From a virus (Duplodnaviria > Heunggongvirae > Uroviricota > Caudoviricetes), in the IMG/VR virus record IMGVR_UViG_3300045988_154803: a DNA stretch of 48,828 bases. One strand, 5' to 3'. The position numbers and the translations under genes are program-made. Below are positions 45,908-48,828 of this stretch, one piece after another. The first letter of the stretch is position 1. Every line of letters begins with the position of its first letter. The notes beneath the pieces are model-generated. The model did no database searches. It was given only the letters and a program-made list of their open reading frames with translations, and was not told where the DNA came from.

Positions 45908-46524
45908 ACCTCCCCAGCCAGCAATGCGGATACAAATCCGATATAGCTGCCATTATCATCAACATAACGAGACACCGCGCAGTCAAAACGATCCGCTTCC
46001 TCATCCGTTGCCGGGATTTTATGACCTCCAAATGACAGGTACTGAACTTTTACGCCTGATTTGGCCTCATCCTTCTCAAATGGGATATCCATACCCTCTG
46101 TGTCATCGTAGACCGCCGCACTCAATAAGTTATCCAGTTCGCGCTGAGTAAAACCAATTGAGTCCAGAGCAAAATCATCGGCCGCAAGATCTGCAAGCTC
46201 CGCGCTTAACAGCTCTTCATCCCAACCAGCATTCAGCGGAATACGGTTGTCGGCCAGACGATATGCCTTCTTCTGATTCTCCGTTAGCCCTTCCAGAACA
46301 ATGCAGGGAACATCATCCATCCCCAACTGAGTGGCCGCAGCAATTCGACCATGACCAGCAATTACAACGTTGTTCTCGTCTATCAGGATCGGATTAGTCC
46401 ATCCGTACTCCTGTATGCTGGCAACAATCTGATCTACCTGCTCCACGGAGTGTGTGCGAGCGTTCTTTTCATAACCAATCAACACAGAAAGTGGTAAAGA
46501 AACCACATTAAGATGTTTTGTCAT
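45901..46524 (-). CDS. ParB-like nuclease domain protein (paralog 2)
   Basis: ...TNPILIDENNVVIAGHGRIAAA...; overlaps start of fusion gene (coupled). Confidence 0.8.
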   Translation of the reverse strand: MTKHLNVVSLPLSVLIGYEKNARTHSVEQVDQIVASIQEYGWTNPILIDENNVVIAGHGRIAAATQLGMDDVPCIVLEGLTENQKKAYRLADNRIPLNAGWDEELLSAELADLAADDFALDSIGFTQRELDNLLSAAVYDDTEGMDIPFEKDEAKSGVKVQYLSFGGHKIPATDEEADRFDCAVSRYVDDNGSYIGFVSALLAGEVC

Positions 46525-46669
46525 GCCGTTTATCCGCTAAAATCCCCTCGCTTGTGCAAGCAAGTGGGCCTCGGTTTGTATCCACGGCACCCTGTGGGTA
46601 TGAATGACTGTCGTCAGGTCGCAACTGACGGCGGTCGCCCACCTTCCAGTAATAAAAAAGCCACCAGCA

Positions 46670-46695
46670 TTAACTCCACAGCGAGCTGGAGTTAA
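46670..46695. repeat. Perfect 9-bp-stem hairpin in intergenic region
   Basis: ttaactcca-cagcgagc-tggagttaa. Confidence 0.6.
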
Positions 46696-46766
46696 TGAGG
46701 CAGCTTTGGTTTGCGCATTATCGCAGCCCCTGGTAAGCACAAGAGCTGCTGTAATGCTAAAAAAAC

Positions 46767-46788
46767 AAAACCACCCGCAGGTGGTTTT
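46767..46788. terminator. Bidirectional intrinsic terminator
   Basis: aaaccacc-cgca-ggtggttt with T-runs on both strands. Confidence 0.6.
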
Positions 46789-46816
46789 ATAAATAAATAG
46801 CAAACAGGTATCTGCA

Positions 46817-47260
46817 CTAATCAGATAAACCAAACTTCTTCTTTGCCAATGACTTGAGAAGTTCTACACCAACATCCTTCATAACAGCCAATGGCTCATT
46901 GCTAATTTCTTTTAGTCTAGCGAAAACATCTTTGCTCTCTAGTGCACAGGCAAAATCCTGTCCCTCTGTAGTCAATCTAATATCTACATCAACAGTCCTC
47001 ATTCCTGCCAAAAAATTAACATAGCCAAGACGCAGAGGATCACGCGTTTCCATCTTCATATTGCTGATAAAACCTTGCTCAATCAATTGCATATAATGAA
47101 ACATGCCCTTTTCTGAGGCTATATCAAACCCCGCGTCTCTTAGTTGATTTACTGTTATGAACGTGCTTTCTGAATCCAAAAACACAGTCAGCATCTTTTT
47201 TAGATAATCTAGATCGGTGCGCATTTTACCCTCCTTAAATGGAACGCAAATGTTACACAA
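46817..47260 (-). CDS. Hypothetical protein
   Basis: 147-aa ORF; probable start at internal MRTDLDYL. Confidence 0.4.
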   Translation of the reverse strand: MCNICVPFKEGKMRTDLDYLKKMLTVFLDSESTFITVNQLRDAGFDIASEKGMFHYMQLIEQGFISNMKMETRDPLRLGYVNFLAGMRTVDVDIRLTTEGQDFACALESKDVFARLKEISNEPLAVMKDVGVELLKSLAKKKFGLSD

Positions 47261-47311
47261 CCTTTAAAAAAAGACACATTGTTTTATTTATGCCTCATTT
47301 TAATCGACCAA

Positions 47312-47464
47312 TTACTGCCTAAATTTATCAATAAATAATTGCTCCCGCTTACGCCGAAAAGCTCTCTGCGCCACTAAGATGCGCCACAGGACACCAGCGA
47401 TAACCACCAGCGAGATACAAAAACACACGGCCACAACCATCAGAAAAATGCCAACACCATTCAT
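47312..47464 (-). CDS. Small hydrophobic peptide (50 aa; TM helix plus basic tail)
   Basis: Hand-translated MNGVGIFLMVVAVCFCISLVVIAGVLWRILVAQRAFRRKREQLFIDKFRQ; ATGA overlap with upstream ORF; below ORF-track cutoff. Confidence 0.3.
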   Translation of the reverse strand: MNGVGIFLMVVAVCFCISLVVIAGVLWRILVAQRAFRRKREQLFIDKFRQ

Positions 47465-47667
47465 GAAACTATCCATTCTTCAATGAATATCTCCAGTAAT
47501 GTCAAGAGATACGCCGTCCCCAGCGCGGTTCCTACCGATATAGCTAAGACAAACCTCAAAGATAACGAGGTGTCTTTCGCTTTTCTCCAGACGTAAGCGC
47601 CAGCCAGAAATACCAACAAATCTCTTATTGGAAGCGGAAACCAGAACAAATCACTCGGCAAGTCCAC
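47461..47667 (-). CDS. Small membrane protein
   Basis: 68 aa, two hydrophobic segments. Confidence 0.35.
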   Translation of the reverse strand: MDLPSDLFWFPLPIRDLLVFLAGAYVWRKAKDTSLSLRFVLAISVGTALGTAYLLTLLEIFIEEWIVS

Positions 47668-47669
47668 GG

Positions 47670-48125
47670 TTATATCCTTCCATTCATTTTTATCGGATGA
47701 CCAGATAGCCTTACGCAGTTGAGCTGTAAAGCTCCGGTATCAACTAAATAATCAACTAACATGATTAGAGATTCATATTCAGCCAGACAGCTAACCTGAC
47801 GCATTCGACCGCCGTTGTTCTCCAGAATGTCGGCCACCTTTGCAGCCAACTCGCTTAGACAGGAGAACTTATTCCCATATATCGTTTTATACTCGCGCTT
47901 CTGGCATTCTTCGGCTTGCGGCTGGTTATCGAGAGCTATCATCGACCGATAACTATCAAGGAAGTCCACAATCTCATTCAGGCACTCTTTGGCTGCCTCA
48001 TCGTGACTTTTTCCGTATGCTTCATGGAGGACTTTCATCCTCATCATTGCTCCGTCACACATAATCGAAAGCGCGTAAAGCACATCACTAATCGCCATTT
48101 CTTTTTTGGTGCTTGTCGAAGGCAT
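47670..48125 (-). CDS. Hypothetical protein
   Basis: 151-aa ORF with AGGAG RBS. Confidence 0.45.
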   Translation of the reverse strand: MPSTSTKKEMAISDVLYALSIMCDGAMMRMKVLHEAYGKSHDEAAKECLNEIVDFLDSYRSMIALDNQPQAEECQKREYKTIYGNKFSCLSELAAKVADILENNGGRMRQVSCLAEYESLIMLVDYLVDTGALQLNCVRLSGHPIKMNGRI

Positions 48126-48150
48126 CCCATGTTCTCCTTTGTCTGGATGT

Positions 48151-48178
48151 AAAAAAGCCCCGGCAATTGCCGAGGCTC
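48151..48178 (-). terminator. Intrinsic terminator ~25 nt upstream of next gene start
   Basis: Minus strand gcctcggcaattgccggggc followed by T6. Confidence 0.55.
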
Positions 48179-48199
48179 GTTGTTCGTTATCGTTACGGT

Positions 48200-48400
48200 T
48201 TAATGCTCGCGTCGTCCGGCGACAACTTCGGATTTGTATTTCAGATCGCCCAGCAAGAATTGCAGTTTAAGCATCTTTGCCGCCGTGTAGTTCCCTGATT
48301 CCACAACCTCTTTCATGAGGTCATAAACGGCCGCAACATCATCAGCCAGGAACTCTTTACGTTGCTGCTCAGTCGCACGTTTGAAGGAAATACGCATCAC
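48200..48400 (-). CDS. Small hypothetical protein
   Basis: 66-aa ORF coupled to upstream gene. Confidence 0.35.
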   Translation of the reverse strand: MMRISFKRATEQQRKEFLADDVAAVYDLMKEVVESGNYTAAKMLKLQFLLGDLKYKSEVVAGRREH

Positions 48401-48666
48401 TCATCATCTCCTGCCGCACATACAACCTCACAAAAAACATCAGCGGAATGTTTCTTTTTGAATGAATGGCGCTCAAAACCGCACTCAATATCAGGCGCAA
48501 AAACATCCACCACATACGGTCTTTCAGAATGTTTGTTTTCCCAACGATAAACCGTAGTGACGTTGAAATGTTTTAACGCTTCACGGAACTCAACGCTGCC
48601 AGTCAGGTTTTTTGAGGTCAGGTATTGCAGGAGGTTTTTTACTACTTCACGGTCTTGTACTTTCAT
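48397..48666 (-). CDS. Hypothetical protein (first gene after leader cassette C)
   Basis: 89-aa ORF starting exactly at end of conserved leader. Confidence 0.45.
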   Translation of the reverse strand: MKVQDREVVKNLLQYLTSKNLTGSVEFREALKHFNVTTVYRWENKHSERPYVVDVFAPDIECGFERHSFKKKHSADVFCEVVCAAGDDE

Positions 48667-48785
48667 CGGGTTATCTCCGGTTTAACCAGGGCGGGTATCG
48701 CTCGGTTCCGGGTATAACCTTAGGAAATTTTTTCCCACCTGTAAAGTACTTTTTATATAAATATATAATTATATAATTCTATGAC
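48667..48785 (-). promoter_or_regulatory. Conserved promoter/5' leader cassette, copy C
   Basis: Near-identical to copies A and B; palindrome TATATAATTATATA at 48762-48775. Confidence 0.6.
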
Positions 48786-48828
48786 ACTTGCCAGAGAGCA
48801 TCATGCAATTGGATACCTCCATTGCACT
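48771..48828. repeat. Terminal overlap identical to 52-109
   Basis: Direct comparison. Confidence 0.9.

Noticed and set aside
1-48828. CRISPR arrays, IS elements or transposons
   Set aside because: No repeat-spacer periodicity and no transposase-like ORF with terminal inverted repeats; the only repeats are the leader cassettes, AT palindromes and inversion sites.

Overview
This window looks like a complete, circularly closed ~48.7 kb contig of a temperate enterobacterial phage-plasmid, with a sequencing adapter at its 5' end. Bases 1-51 are an Illumina Nextera adapter remnant, and bases 52-109 are identical to 48771-48828, which is the assembly overlap closing the circle. No integrase was found; instead there is a plasmid maintenance block: an IncFII-type RepA with an adjacent AT-rich origin carrying a DnaA box, a small ParA plus RHH partner, and a HigB/HigA toxin-antitoxin pair. 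The immunity region has a CI-like repressor divergent from a Cro/YdaS-like gene across ACCAC-N5-GTGGT operators, plus a separate ORF6N/Rha-type antirepressor locus preceded by ~0.9 kb of structured non-coding DNA. A minus-strand early region (Q-like antiterminator candidate, DUF1064, DUF3560-like) runs into a lysis cassette and a tRNA with a CAU anticodon. The virion module is mosaic: lambda-like packaging and head genes joined to a P2/Mu-like contractile tail, including a tail chaperone with a -1 frameshift site. The tail fibre C-terminus sits on a ~2.9 kb Gin/Hin-type invertible segment with an adjacent invertase. Most worth follow-up are three near-identical ~115 bp promoter/leader cassettes on unrelated genes, dispersed AT-only palindromes, terminators abutting ribosome-binding sites, and a DNA-modification cluster with paralogous ParB-like proteins and a ParB-methyltransferase fusion. 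All protein calls are from reading motifs in the supplied translations; no database search was run.
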